In this document: positions 12,901 through 24,561 of the stretch, one piece after another
Layout of the letters: each line of letters starts with the position of its first letter
How positions within the stretch are numbered: the first letter of the stretch is position 1
Assembly: GCA_958009085.1 (NCBI GenBank)
Contig: OY253681.1
Location: forward strand, 248,001-312,000
Source of the DNA: Protoeuglena noctilucae
Taxonomy: Eukaryota
Direction of reading: 5' to 3'
Length of the DNA stretch: 64,000 nt
Notes under the pieces: model-generated
What the model saw: only the letters and a program-made list of their open reading frames with translations
What the model was told of the DNA's origin: nothing
Databases searched by the model: none
Translations under genes and position numbers: made by a program

Positions 12901-13990
12901 GCAGTGGTCAGACCCGCACCCGGAAGTAGAAGAGCAGCATGAGGAGACGAGTGCCTGGCTCTGGCTGACTTGCGGGGCGTCCGAGGCTGACGGAGCGATC
13001 GTGGCTGGGCGCAGGGTGGCGTGTGGAGGGAACCGGGGTGTCTGTGTACAGAGGGCTGGATCCGTGGGGGAAGCGGTCGAAGGAAGCGGAGGGCGGCGAT
13101 CGAATCACGGGGAGGGAGACGGGCCCAGGGGCCGCCGGGTGGGTACGGTCCGTACGAGTCTCATCACGATCCCTGTCGCCTGCCTCGCTGTCAGCGCTGC
13201 TGCTGTCGCTGCTCTCGCTCGAGGATTCGCTCGCAGGACTCGAAGGGGAGACCTCGGGAAGGGACGCATCGGCATCGCTTGTGGGCGCGCGGGCCGGTCC
13301 ACCCAGCCATGCAGGGCGGGACTCCCAGGCGCGGCCCTGGACCACAGCCGAGACCTCCACGTGCTCATCGCTGCGGAGGCGGCGATGACAGGCAGCTCTC
13401 CCCACGCAACTACTCCTACAGCCATCCCCATCTTAGCCCCTCAACACGGGCAGGTGTGTCACCGCCCGCGCCGATGTCTCGCTCGCCTGTACAGCAAGCT
13501 AGCTTGAGGGCCATCGACAGAGGACACCAGCACCCTCGGATGCTTCCAGGAGAAGATGGGCGAGAAAGACGAGACGTACGCGCCGGTGCCACGCGGCCCA
13601 AACACCTCCACCTCCTCGTGGCCGTCCGAAGCCAGTCGCAAAATGAGTCCTGCAGATAGACACGAAGTAGATGCATGTGTGTCAGGCCTGAGGCACCGCC
13701 GCTGGGGCCGAAGCGCGCGCGGGGAGCTTGGCAATGCAGGCCCGCCTGCCTGGCACGCCACCCGCCGCCTCCGGACGTAGGCTCGGCAGAAAGACGGCCT
13801 TCAGAGCACTCGATGGCCGGATTTTATGCTCGAGGGCCAGTCGCGCAAAGCCCTCGGGCGCCCCGACGAGGTACTGAGCCCGCTGCTGTCCCGGCCGTGA
13901 GCCACCCCCGGCAATCAAGATGGCTGGGCCGATGCCGTCCCCCGGAGCGCCCACCACCGTCGCTTGCCATTCAGAAACCCGGGCGGTCAT
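9959..13990 (-). CDS. Long-form tRNase Z (ELAC2-like metallo-beta-lactamase)
   Basis: N-terminal YLVGAPEGFARLALEHK; FLGTGSAEPS, LLDCGEGT, SHKHADH (HxHxDH), YSGDTRP, LIHEATF, HST, LTHFSQRYPK. Internal exon structure between 11500 and 13600 uncertain. Confidence 0.85.
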
Positions 13991-14296
13991 GGGGCCTTGT
14001 CCCCGCGCAGGGCGGCCGCGCCTGCACCCGACGTCGCGGCCGCAGACGTCCCGCGCAAATCAGCCACGCCCCAGCTCTGCCATGTAGGCCTGGCTAGGGG
14101 AAGTCGAGGAACTGGAGTACGCATACACACGTCAGCGGCATCGGCAAACGTCCCGCTGGCCCCACGCAACGTCAGTGGAGGGTTTACATTGGATTTTCGT
14201 CGTCTATCCTAATCCATTGGCGACCAACAGTCGATGACGGTTGTGAGTTGTTGACAAGAGATCGCGTAACCCAGTATATACCCAAATCGGGGGCCA

Positions 14297-15825
14297 TGCA
14301 GGCTTCCCAGGTGGCCGTTGGCACCGGCCATACCTGTCGACCCCTCGAGAGGGTCCTAGCCGCGCCTTGGCGCCGTGAAGCATGCATGAGATGGAGACTT
14401 CGCGCCGAGGGGGCGGGAACGCCTGGCGCACCGAGGGTGAGATGCGAGACGTTGTCTGCTGCGCGGCGTCGCTCCCTCTGCGTAACGTCGCGAGCTTGCG
14501 CGCAGGAGAATGCCAACCAGAACGAGAGGTTGGTTGCCGCCGCCATCGCGCCCAGGCGCGGGGGGAAGGGGCGCGTCCAGCGCACAACGCCAGGTACGGC
14601 GCAGCAACAGAGCAACATTCGCTGAATTCCTGACGCACCGAGGCGCCGCATGGACTGCAGTTTGCCCTCGCCTGCTCTGCAGAGAATAGGCGCCTGCGCG
14701 GTGAGCGGCCGACTCGCCAGGGCCGCGAGGGCTCTCGGCCTCGCAAGACGCTCGAGGTGCGCTGGGGGTGCGGCCATCCTCGACCCTCCTCGCCCCTGTT
14801 TCTCCCGCTAAGCGCGCTCCATCGCGGTCCGCAGGAGATCAGTTTGATGGACCGGACGGCCATGCTCGAGGGCTCTGTGCGGGTCGTCCTGGAGGAGGGG
14901 GTCATCTTGAGGGTCCGTGCGGAGGTCGACGGGTACCTGCCCATGTCAGAAATGGGCGACTGGGGACCGCTTGAGAAGTTCCAGCGGGGGATGCAGGTCC
15001 GCGCTCACGTGCTGTCATGCAACCCGGCGCGCCATGAGCTGCGGCTAACGCTGCGGGTGAGAGCAACGAGTAGCGCCTGGCCCTGGCGTAGCATACATGG
15101 CGCCGCCCGCGGCGTTGTCGGTGTCTGCGACGCGGCCATCGATGTCAAGCCCAATGGCCTCCAACTGCCGCCGCAGCGCGGCGGATACGTGCTCCAGCAG
15201 CGCATCAAGGTCGAGGCGATGCGGGCGGGGGAGGAGTACGACGCGCAAGTGAAGAAGATCGTGCGGGTCACGGACAAGGACGGATGGGTGCAGAACGGGG
15301 GCGTTTTCGTGGACTTCGGATGCCAGGTGGGCGCTGCGGGAGAGGCCGGGCGGTGAGCAGTCGAGATCAATTGCCTCGGCGCAGCTTGGGACGATCTCCT
15401 GGGACCCTCGTGCTCTCGCAGGTGGACGGCTACCTCGAGAGCGCCGTGGGAGTTCCGCCAGTGGGCCGAGCCGTGCGCGTCCGCGCTCTGCCAGGTACCA
15501 TTGATACAGGGGCGCTCGAGGCTGCAGTGCACGCATTGCTATAGCCAGCCAGGGCGGGCCAAGCGACTTTGATCGTCCGGCGCGGCCCGCAGTTGACATG
15601 GAGGAGGCGCGCGTGCGGAGGAGGATCCCGATGGAGCTTGCAATCGCCCCAACAAAAGAGAGCGCACCGGCGGACCGCCCTGCAGCAGCGGCCGCCCCGG
15701 CTGCCGCAAAGGGCAAGCAGGGCAAGCAAGGCAAGCAGGCCGCGGCTCCTGCACAGAAGCCCCAGGTGGAGGAAGAGGACGAGGACGAGGACAGCAAGTA
15801 CGCGTATTTGGACGAGCTGTTCTGA
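14297..15825 (+). CDS. S1 RNA-binding domain protein, probable organellar transit peptide
   Basis: Two S1-like segments (VDGYLPMSEM...VRAHVLS; GGVFVDFGCQVDGYL); acidic C-terminus; spliced; start tentative. Confidence 0.65.
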
Positions 15826-15971
15826 CGGGTATCACTCGTCAGGCATGCCTGAGCTAGCAGCTGCATGTACCTGACAGCCTCACAAGCGACCGGGCGATTC
15901 TTTGTACACGTTGAAGCTGCGGAAGACCCTGTCTGTTTGAATCCCCCCGCAACATCGACCGATAAGTGACC

Positions 15972-16918
15972 ATGAAGTCCCTCTGCGCCACGATCTGCGC
16001 CGCCCCGAGGCTGGCGTCGGCGCATGCGCTTGTCAAAGCTAGCAGGCACATGCAGCGCGGCAAGACTGCGACGTTCGCCGCGGCAGGTGCGCAAGGGCGG
16101 CCCTGAGCGTGCAGCTGATCCATCAGAGCGCGCGATTGCTGCCGAATGAGTGGCGATGGCTTCGATGCCAGGCTCATCCTGCTGTCGTAAAGTCGTTCTC
16201 CATCTCGGTCGCAGATCCCTCCGTCGTTTCCACGGACAAGGCCCCGGCGGCCGTGGGCCCTTACTCGCAGGCCATCAAGTCCGGGGCGCACGTCTACGTC
16301 TCTGGCTGCATCGGCCTTGTGCCTGGAACGAAGGTGCGGACTAGACGCGACCCTTGGCGTCGGCAGGTCGGCCGAGCCCGCGCAGAGCGGGCTGTGCCCA
16401 CCCGCCCATCGTTTGCTTCGTCCCCCGGGTCGCGGCGGTCCTCGCCGCCGCTCCCGAACCTCAATTCGCCTACGTTTCCGTAGAACCTTGCGGGGGATGA
16501 CACGGTGTCTCAGACGGAGCAGGTGATGAAGAACATGAGCGCCATCCTCGAGGCAGCAGGTGGGCCGCGGCGTGGTGCATGTGCCCGCGCAGCAATCGGC
16601 GCGAGCGGCACGCCCATGATCGACATCTGGCTCGTCGCAGGCTCTTCGTTCGACAAGGTCGTCAAGACGACGATCCTGCTGGCCGACATGGGGGACTTTG
16701 CCGCCGTGAACGAGGCGAGCCAGCTGGTTTACACAAAACGATTTTAGAGCGCGTCGCCGCGTCCCAGGGACAGCCCGCGCGAAGCCAGCACGTGCCGCGC
16801 TCCCTCGCAGGTCTACGCCAAGTACTTCCCCAAGCGCAAGCCGGCACGCGCGACGTTCGCCGTCAAGGCGCTTCCGCTGGGAGCCAAGGTGGAGATGGAG
16901 TGCATCGCAGAGCTCTAG
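15972..16918 (+). CDS. RidA: RidA/YjgF/UK114 imine deaminase with targeting peptide
   Basis: [67 protein letters not shown]; 5 exons. Confidence 0.93.
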
Positions 16919-16980
16919 AAGAGAGGGGAAACCAAAGACAGCGCTCAAGGCGACAGGTAGTGCATCGGGGGCGGCGCTAG

Positions 16981-17815
16981 TCAGGGCTGGTTGGGCGCCT
17001 GGGCCTCGGCCGGGGGAGGCTTGAACGTGACAAACACCTTCTTCCAGTCCGGCCGCTGCTGGATCTGAGGCCTCGGCAGCTTGAGCTGGTCCAGCGGCGT
17101 CCCCCTGCGCGGACTCGCGCGTACGGAGCTCGGCGACTGGCGCATGGCGGGCCTGGGCCACAGCAGTCCCCTCGTCACGGCACGCACCTGGCATTTGCAT
17201 GCAATATCTTCGCCCGCGCGCCCCGTGAGAACACCGGCTTCTTCTTCCCCTCGTAGTTCTGCGAAGGAGGGCCGCGTGCGTGCCATGAAGACGCGGAAAG
17301 GGGCGAGGAACCACTGTCGCGCATGCACGAGGAGCCCCTTGCGCGTGCACCCACCAGCGTCGCAATCCTCTCCACTTCCAGGTTGTACATCCTCTCTAGA
17401 ATCTGCCGGATCTCAAACTTGTTCGCCTGCGGCCAAATAACGGCGCGGAATCGGGTTCGTGATGCCGTCCGCCTCGGCAGAGCGCCTCGCCTTAAGCGCC
17501 CGGTCACGCGCTGCAGGTCGCCTTTGGGACTGTTCGGAAAACGACGTCCCTCACGAACTTCCCCGCCCGGATGTCCGCCTCCTTCTCCTCGGTGAGGGCT
17601 GGGGGGTGCAGATACAGGGGCTGCGGGGACGCCAAGAGGACCATTCGCTTCACTTCCATCAGTCACACGGCTCACGTACGTCTGGGACATGCCACATCGC
17701 TCCATGATTTGCCACGCCGCGAACGCACCACGTTCGGAAACCAGGTCGGCAGCCGGTGCATGACGCCCCCGGGCCTGGCCCACACGTAGCGGAATGCCTT
17801 GAGATTCCTGCCCAT
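16981..17815 (-). CDS. Ribosomal protein uL23, mitochondrial-type
   Basis: WFPNV, VVFRTVPKANKFEIRQILERMYNLEVERIATLNYEGKKK, RPDWKKVFVTF after splicing 5 exons. Confidence 0.85.
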
Positions 17816-18265
17816 CCCAGTCCCTTCTGTCTGTCCCCGACAACCGTCTCAGGAGAGCATCGGCGAGGGGGGCCCCTCCCGAGCACGCGCACGATACGGA
17901 AACAAACGCCTTGCTTTCCACACAAACGAACTGGGTGTCGGGCGATGCCAACAGCGAATCCGGCTCTCAGAGCGCGCAGGTCTGCGGGCGCAGATGCGCA
18001 TTTCGCCCCCCGTGTCGCTGCATGTCTGCAGTTCCACTGGCACAAAGTTGGGGCGCTCTGCCTCGTCGGCAGGACGTCCATTCGATGCGAGCGCCTCCCC
18101 ATCGCGTCGTTCGCAGCGATTTACGAGCAAAAGCGTAGCTTTCATCCCGCACCACGTCGCCATCGCGTATCTCTCGGTGGCCGCCGACCCGTGATCGAGA
18201 CAGCCTCTTTTCTGCGCCTGCATCGGCGCTGACCTCATTGGCAAGAGGAGGCATCTGCAGGGAGG

Positions 18266-20860
18266 ATGGTGGAGCAGATACAGTCGGCGATCCTGAGCCG
18301 GCTGGACAAGGATGGCGTGGTGGAGGACACGACCGACCTGGCCCAGGCGAGCGCGGAGGATCCTGCCTGGCGTTGCCTAGCCGCGGTTGGCGCGACTGCT
18401 ACGTTGGTGCTCCACTCCGCGACGATGGCTCGCGGTCACGCACGCCCGCGGCGGCGATATCCTTCTGCGCATCGCCGCAGGAGCTTGGCATGGATAGCCA
18501 GGCCGTGGTGGGCGCGGCCAAGTCCCTGGAGGCCGCGGAGATGATTTTGACGGAGCTGAAGAGCACCAACGTGTGGAGGCTCACCGAGGAGTCCCAGCAG
18601 TACGTGGCGGTGGGCGCCTCGGCAGAGTTGCAGCTCTTTCGCGCGATCCCGGAGGACGGCATCGACATGGCCGAGCTCATGAGCATCGCGGGTCCTTACG
18701 CGGAGGTCGGGTTCCGCCAGGCGATGCAGCAGAAGCTGATCCGGCTGGACAAGTCGGGGGGGGCGCCCAAGGTGCTGCGGGCAGGGCCCGAGCCGGCGGA
18801 CGCATCTCTGGATTTGGTGAAGCGGATCGACCGCGGGGAGGAGACAGACACGAAGACTCTTGAGTCAGGCGAGCGGGCGGTTGGAGGCCGTGCCTTGGCG
18901 TGGCAGGGGAGTGTGTGTGGGGAAGCATGCGGAACGCTGCGAGACCTGCATGGCCTATCCTCTTCCCTTCGCGCAGCCAAGAAGCGCAAGCTGGCCGTCT
19001 GCGTGACGTTGACGTCGTTCCGGCTGACCAAGGGCCCGAAGTTTGCCTTGGAGCGCCAGGCGCTGGCGGCAGAGCTGACCCAGGACATGATCGTGAAGGG
19101 AACGTGGCGGGAGACGGCGTTCAAGGAGGTCAACTGGGCCGCGCTCGGGCTGCCCACGGCCGGCGGGCACCTCCACCCGCTCCTCAAGGTGTGGGCAGCG
19201 CCACTGCACCCTATCGCTCGCTGCGGTGCGGCCCCAGTCCCGCCCACGCACGCCGCCGCACCGCTCACGCTCTCCCTATTTCTGTCCGGCAGGTCCGCAC
19301 TCAGTTCCGCAAGATCTTCTTCCAGATGGGCTTCGAGGAGATGCCCACGAATAACTACGTGGAGTCCTCTTTCTGGAACTTCGATGTCCTCTTCCAGCCC
19401 CAGCAGCACCCCGCGCGGGACGCCCACGACACCTTCTTCCTCACCGACCCCTCCACCTCCACGTGAGGGCCGCCCAACGCCCAGCCTACGTCGCAGCGGA
19501 CCGCCGCCCGCGTGGACTGCGATGCTGCGATGCCAGCCTTGTAGCCGCCCCGTGGAGCTTCACCGCTGCCCCGGCACTCCGTTGATCTCCGCAGGGAGCC
19601 GGAGACGGCGTACCTGGAGCGCGTGCGGACGACGCACGAGAAGGGGGGCTACGGATCGCTGGGCTACAACTACGACTGGAAGATCGCCGAGTCGCAGAAG
19701 AACCTCCTGAGGACGCACACGACGGCCGTGTCGTCCCGGATGCTGTACAAGCTCGCGCAGGAGGGCTTTAGGCGAGCGGCGATGGGCACTGCAGGGTGCA
19801 GAGCGCGGGGGCAGGCCGATCGTCGACAGCTCGCCGTGCCGATGGTGGCAACCCACTCTCTGCGCGTTTGCCGTGCGAATGGGCCACCGCTCCGCTTGCG
19901 TGCAGGCCCGCCAAGTACTTCTCTGTGGACCGGGTGTTCCGGAACGAAGCGATTGACCGCACGCACCTGGCCGAGTTCCACCAGGTCGAGGGGCTCGTGT
20001 GCGACAGGTAACAGACGCTGCAGCAGCCATTAATTGCATAAGTGTTTATTCATGCGCTCAGTTCGTTGCAGCGCGCCACCCGTATGTCGATGTCCGCACT
20101 TGGAGGCCCTTGCGGATATGCGGGACCACACCTGCACCTCAAGAGCACGCCAGCACTGGCCTGGGCCCGCCTCGACGCTCGATCTGCTCCACGCGATTCC
20201 CGCAGGGGCCTCACCCTCGGCCATTTGATCGGAGTGCTGCAGGAGTTCTTCCAGCGGCTGGGGATGAAGAAGCTGCGCTTCAAGCCCGCCTTCAACCCTT
20301 ACACGGAGCCCTCCATGGAGATCTTCTCCTATTCGGAGGAGCTGGGCAAGGCGAGCGACGCGCGCGAGCGGCAGCGCGGGGCGCGGTGGGTACCGGCACC
20401 CGCTGCTCATAGGGAGCCGCGCGGCCGTGCCTACATGCTGCCCCGGTGGCCTGATGCGGCCGTGCGCGCTTCCAGCACTGTGGGAAAATCCCGAAGAATC
20501 AAACTCTGAATTTCCTCTGAATTTCCCCTGCCCGCCACACCGCCTGCCCGCCGTGCTGCACGCAGTGGATGGAGGTGGGCAACTCGGGGGTGTTCCGCCC
20601 GGAGATGCTCCGGCCCATGGGCCTGCCCGAGGATGTCACCGTCATCGCGTGGGGGCTGTCCCTCGAGGTGCGCGTTGCCAGCATCGTACTGCCATCGCAA
20701 GGCCCATTGCGCCAAGGCTGCCCGGGTGCAAAGAGGCTCCCTGTGCCCGCAGCGCCCGACCATGATTCTGTACGGCATCGGCAACATCCGCGACCTCTTC
20801 GGCCACCGCGTGTCCCTCGCGACGGTCAAGAAGAACCCCATCTGCCGCCTCGGGTTCTGA
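18266..20860 (+). CDS. FARSA: Cytosolic phenylalanyl-tRNA synthetase alpha subunit
   Basis: [78 protein letters not shown]; 9 exons. Confidence 0.96.
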
Positions 20861-21161
20861 CCGCCATCTCTGCGTGCGTGGCGTCAAGTAGGGACCCTCT
20901 AGGCAATCGCAGCGGGCTTCTCGCCGCTGAGTGTGTTTGAAGCGATCTGTATATTTTGAATGACGAGGTGTTTCTTGCCTATGTCCGTGTCCCTTCCTTC
21001 AAAGGCGCGGCATGCTCAAGGCCAAGTCCGGCGCGTCCCTGTACCCGCCTACTAAGCTAAGCTCTTCGCTCTTCTGTGAGAGTCTGTGGCGAAACCCGAG
21101 GCCAGCTGCTCCCGCGTGCTCGCCGCGTAGAGGGTCAGCGGCTCCGTGGCCCGTCCGGTGC

Positions 21162-22402
21162 TTAGGCAGTGGAGCGGCGGTCCGCGGGGAGGGCGGACTG
21201 GGGGCGGTTCACGAGGAACCCGGCGCACTGCACCTGGCGCACGTTGTCGAAGCCCACCACGCGGATGTACGCGTCGGGGAAGGCGCGGCGGCAGGCGACG
21301 ATCTCGGACAGCACCTGGTTGGAGTCGCGGCAGCCGAACATGGGCAGCTTCCACATCGTCCAGTAGCGGTTGTCGTAGTAGCAGGCCGTCACGGGGCCCA
21401 TGCGGACTGCGCGGGGAGCAGGCGGGCGGGCGGGATCCGGGCAGGGTGGCTGGCCGTTCGAATTGGGCCCGTCATGGATCTCCCTCCCTGGCTTATCCGG
21501 AGCGCGGCTCACCCGTGTTGGCGTTCGAGACGATGGCCTCCTGGGCGGACGCGAACTCAATGCAGGGGATCATGCCGTTGCGGGTGAGGTAGTCCACCTG
21601 GCGGGCGATCGCGTCGGGCGTGAGGGGCGGCAGGTACGACAGCGTCTCGAAGAACTTGTTGTTGAACGGCTGCCACACCTGCGAGAAGGGACGGAGGCGG
21701 TGGCGGAGGTGGGATCGGGCCCGGGGAACGGGATCGCCGCGCGCCGCGCTCGCCCCAGTCAACAAAGCACTTCATCTGCCGCTCGCGGCGCGCGCTGCGC
21801 ACTCTCGGGGGCGCGAGCGTCGCGAGCGCGCCTACTTTCGCGCAAAAGACGCGCGGGGACCGGGCGACGGGCGCGCGGAGGCGGCGCGGAGCGCGGTCGG
21901 GGCCGCCCGGCCCTGCCAGGGTGGGGCGGCCTCGCCTGGGCAGTTCGGCGGGCGGAAACGCCGGCCAAGAGGGCGTCGGGGGCGAAAAACGCGCAAGGAA
22001 AGGCAGGGGGGGCAGGCGACGCGCGGGGGGAGGACCGGGCGGCCGTAGTAGTGCCTCGACGCGGCCGAGGCTTCCCCCGCGCGATCGACCCTCAAGCCCG
22101 TTCCTCCACCGCAGAAAATGGCCGGAACTGCCCGCAGGCGGGGTGGCCGGCCGCCGGGGGCGCCTGGGCAGGCCCCAGCAGGCCGGCACACCTGGGGCCC
22201 CACGCCATCCGGCCGCGCGGCGCTCGCGCGGCGGGCCCCGGCGGGCCGCGGGGCGCGATTCGGGAGCGAAATGGAGGGGCGCGTGGGCATCCGCCTCGCT
22301 CACCCGCATCATGGAGGTGGAGGCGGCGTTCGAGCGCCGGGCGGCCTGGGCCTTGGGGGCGACGGCCACGACGGGCGCGACGGGGGCGGAGATGGCGAAC
22401 AT
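21162..22402 (-). CDS. RBCS: RuBisCO small subunit precursor
   Basis: Exons 22402-22304, 21678-21513, 21406-21162; [40 protein letters not shown]. Confidence 0.97.
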
Positions 22403-22873
22403 GGTCACGAGGTGCGTCTCGGAAGCGAAGGGCCGCTGGAGATCTGGGCCGAGTGGGGGACGGCCGCCCCCATTTTGAGCCCAAAACGTCAGTCGCCGCG
22501 CCAGAAGGGCACCGTCCCCGGGCGATTTCTCTGGAACCTTATCCTGGATTTCGCTCAAACCCCCGCTCGCGATGAAGATGTCGTCGCGGCATGTGGCCGC
22601 CCAGGCCCGGAAAGCGACGGGACGCAAAAATGGGCTCGATCGGAATTTTTGAATTTCTACGGCCGCAAGCGTGCTTCTCAGTCCCCGCGCCCCGTCCATC
22701 CGGCGTCTTCAATGCGCGTGCATGCGTGTGCACGCCTCTTGCGACGCGCCCAGGGTGCTGCACAATGGCTGACCGGGCTCATCAACAATGCCAACATGCA
22801 GCCGGCGTGTGCAGTCAGCGCGCACGGGAAGGGCGTGCGTCCGCGACCGTGCGTCCTCTTGGCCGGGGTCGTG

Positions 22874-24104
22874 CTACATGAGCTGGCAGCACGAGTTGGA
22901 TTTGCGTGCCTGGCGGTAGAACAGCTGCGACGCCATGGACAGGTCGTGGCTCTTGGCCACGAGGTCGTCCAGGCGCGCACCCCGCTCCAGCACGGACTCG
23001 ATCGTCTTGTGCAAGATGATCTGCGGGTCAGGAGGGGGCACGGGGAGGTCCGCACCGACACCACAGCATGCCGACATCCACCCAGGCAACCAACGGCCTC
23101 CCAAAAGCCCCTCATATACCCGCACACTGACTAAGTCTTCTGCGCTGGCACGATCCCCTCGCGCTGCGCCCCACCCACCTTGGTGTCGTCAAGGTCGCGT
23201 TGGATCTTGGTCAGCTGGTCGGCGTTGGCAGGGTCCTGGTACTTGCGAATCGCCTCTTGCAACTGTGGCCGGTGCGAGGGGTCGGCTGACACGCCCGGAT
23301 TGCGGCTGATGACGGGCAGCCGCAGCTTCAATGTGCAGACTGTCTCGTCCCCTCGCCTGTGCGTCCGCCCCCGCCGTGTCCTCCCGCTGACCGCGCCAGG
23401 TGTCCCCGTAAGCCTTGCAGAAACGGTCGATCTCCGCGTTCAGCACGGAGAACGCGGCCCGTGTCGGATAGTCCCTCGTGCACACCGCGATTGCACCTGC
23501 GCCCCGGGGAAGGGCACGGGCTCCGGCGTCGGGGGCGGTCTCCTGAGGCTTCTAGAGCGGAGAACACGCAACATGCCCCTTATTCATGTCGTCGGAGACC
23601 TCACCCAGCCCGTCTGCGTTGTAGACATGGCAGAGGTACCCCTCGTGCTCCACCGTCTGCCGCTTGCCGGGAGGAGTGCGCTGCACTAGAGTGCGCTGCA
23701 TGGAAGGAAAGGACGGTCGTCCGGTGGGCACGGGCGCGGCCGAGACTCGCCCGCGCGGCGCGGCCCGCGAGCGCCCGGCTTGCGCGAAGCCGCTTGTGGC
23801 GCCGGTGGCTCACCGACACGAACCGAAGCATCTCCTGCACCGACGGCTTTTGGAAGAACCTGGGTGCGAGAGGGCGGCGGGCGATGTCACGGGAAGGCGC
23901 GTCGGGAAGGCCAGTGGCGGGATCTGGACTCCAGGGCCGCGGGGCCCATCGCCGGCTCGCCGGAGCCTGCTGCGCCATCACCGCCATCGCTCACCCAAAC
24001 TCGGAGACATCGCTGGCGAACCCCAGGAACGTCGGCGTAAGCTCCAAGCCGTTCCACTTCAGCACCGCCAGGGCAGTGATCTTCGTCTTGGGCGCGGCCG
24101 CCAT
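22874..24104 (-). CDS. YKT6: Longin R-SNARE YKT6
   Basis: [47 protein letters not shown]-terminal prenylation motif CCQLM; 6 exons. Confidence 0.95.
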
Positions 24105-24561
24105 CCGGCGCCCTCAATGAGTGTAACGGCCGAACGCCGTCAGCCACGCACGAGTTCGCCGGCCCCAGGTGGACGGGAGGGGAGGGGAGAAGCGCGTGTG
24201 AATGCAGAGGAGAGAACTTGCGCCCGGTGCTATTGCTCGTCGGTCCGTGTTCGACGTTCGGCGACGGAGAGCGAATGCGAGCGAGCGCAGCCTCGGTGGT
24301 GTCTTCATACTCGGCGCGCCAGAAGAGAGGGACGACCGACTCATGCTCTACAGGTAGCAGGACCGCTACCATAACATCCTCTAGCATGTTGTGTTGCAGG
24401 CATGCAAGGATGCGAACCCAGAGAAGCGCAGCCAAACTGCCCTGGGCAGCAGCAGCAGCAGCAGCAGCGGTACCAGCAGCAGCCATGTTGGCCTGCCTTG
24501 GCTCAATACCATAGCCTCCTGCTCCTGCAACCTCAGCGGCCGACTAGTAAGAACTCGCTCC

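Noticed and set aside
23887..24486. 199-aa minus-strand ORF between TBP and YKT6 with a poly-Ala start
   Set aside because: Driven by a short CAG/CTG repeat, overlaps YKT6 exon 1 in another frame and has no recognisable motif.
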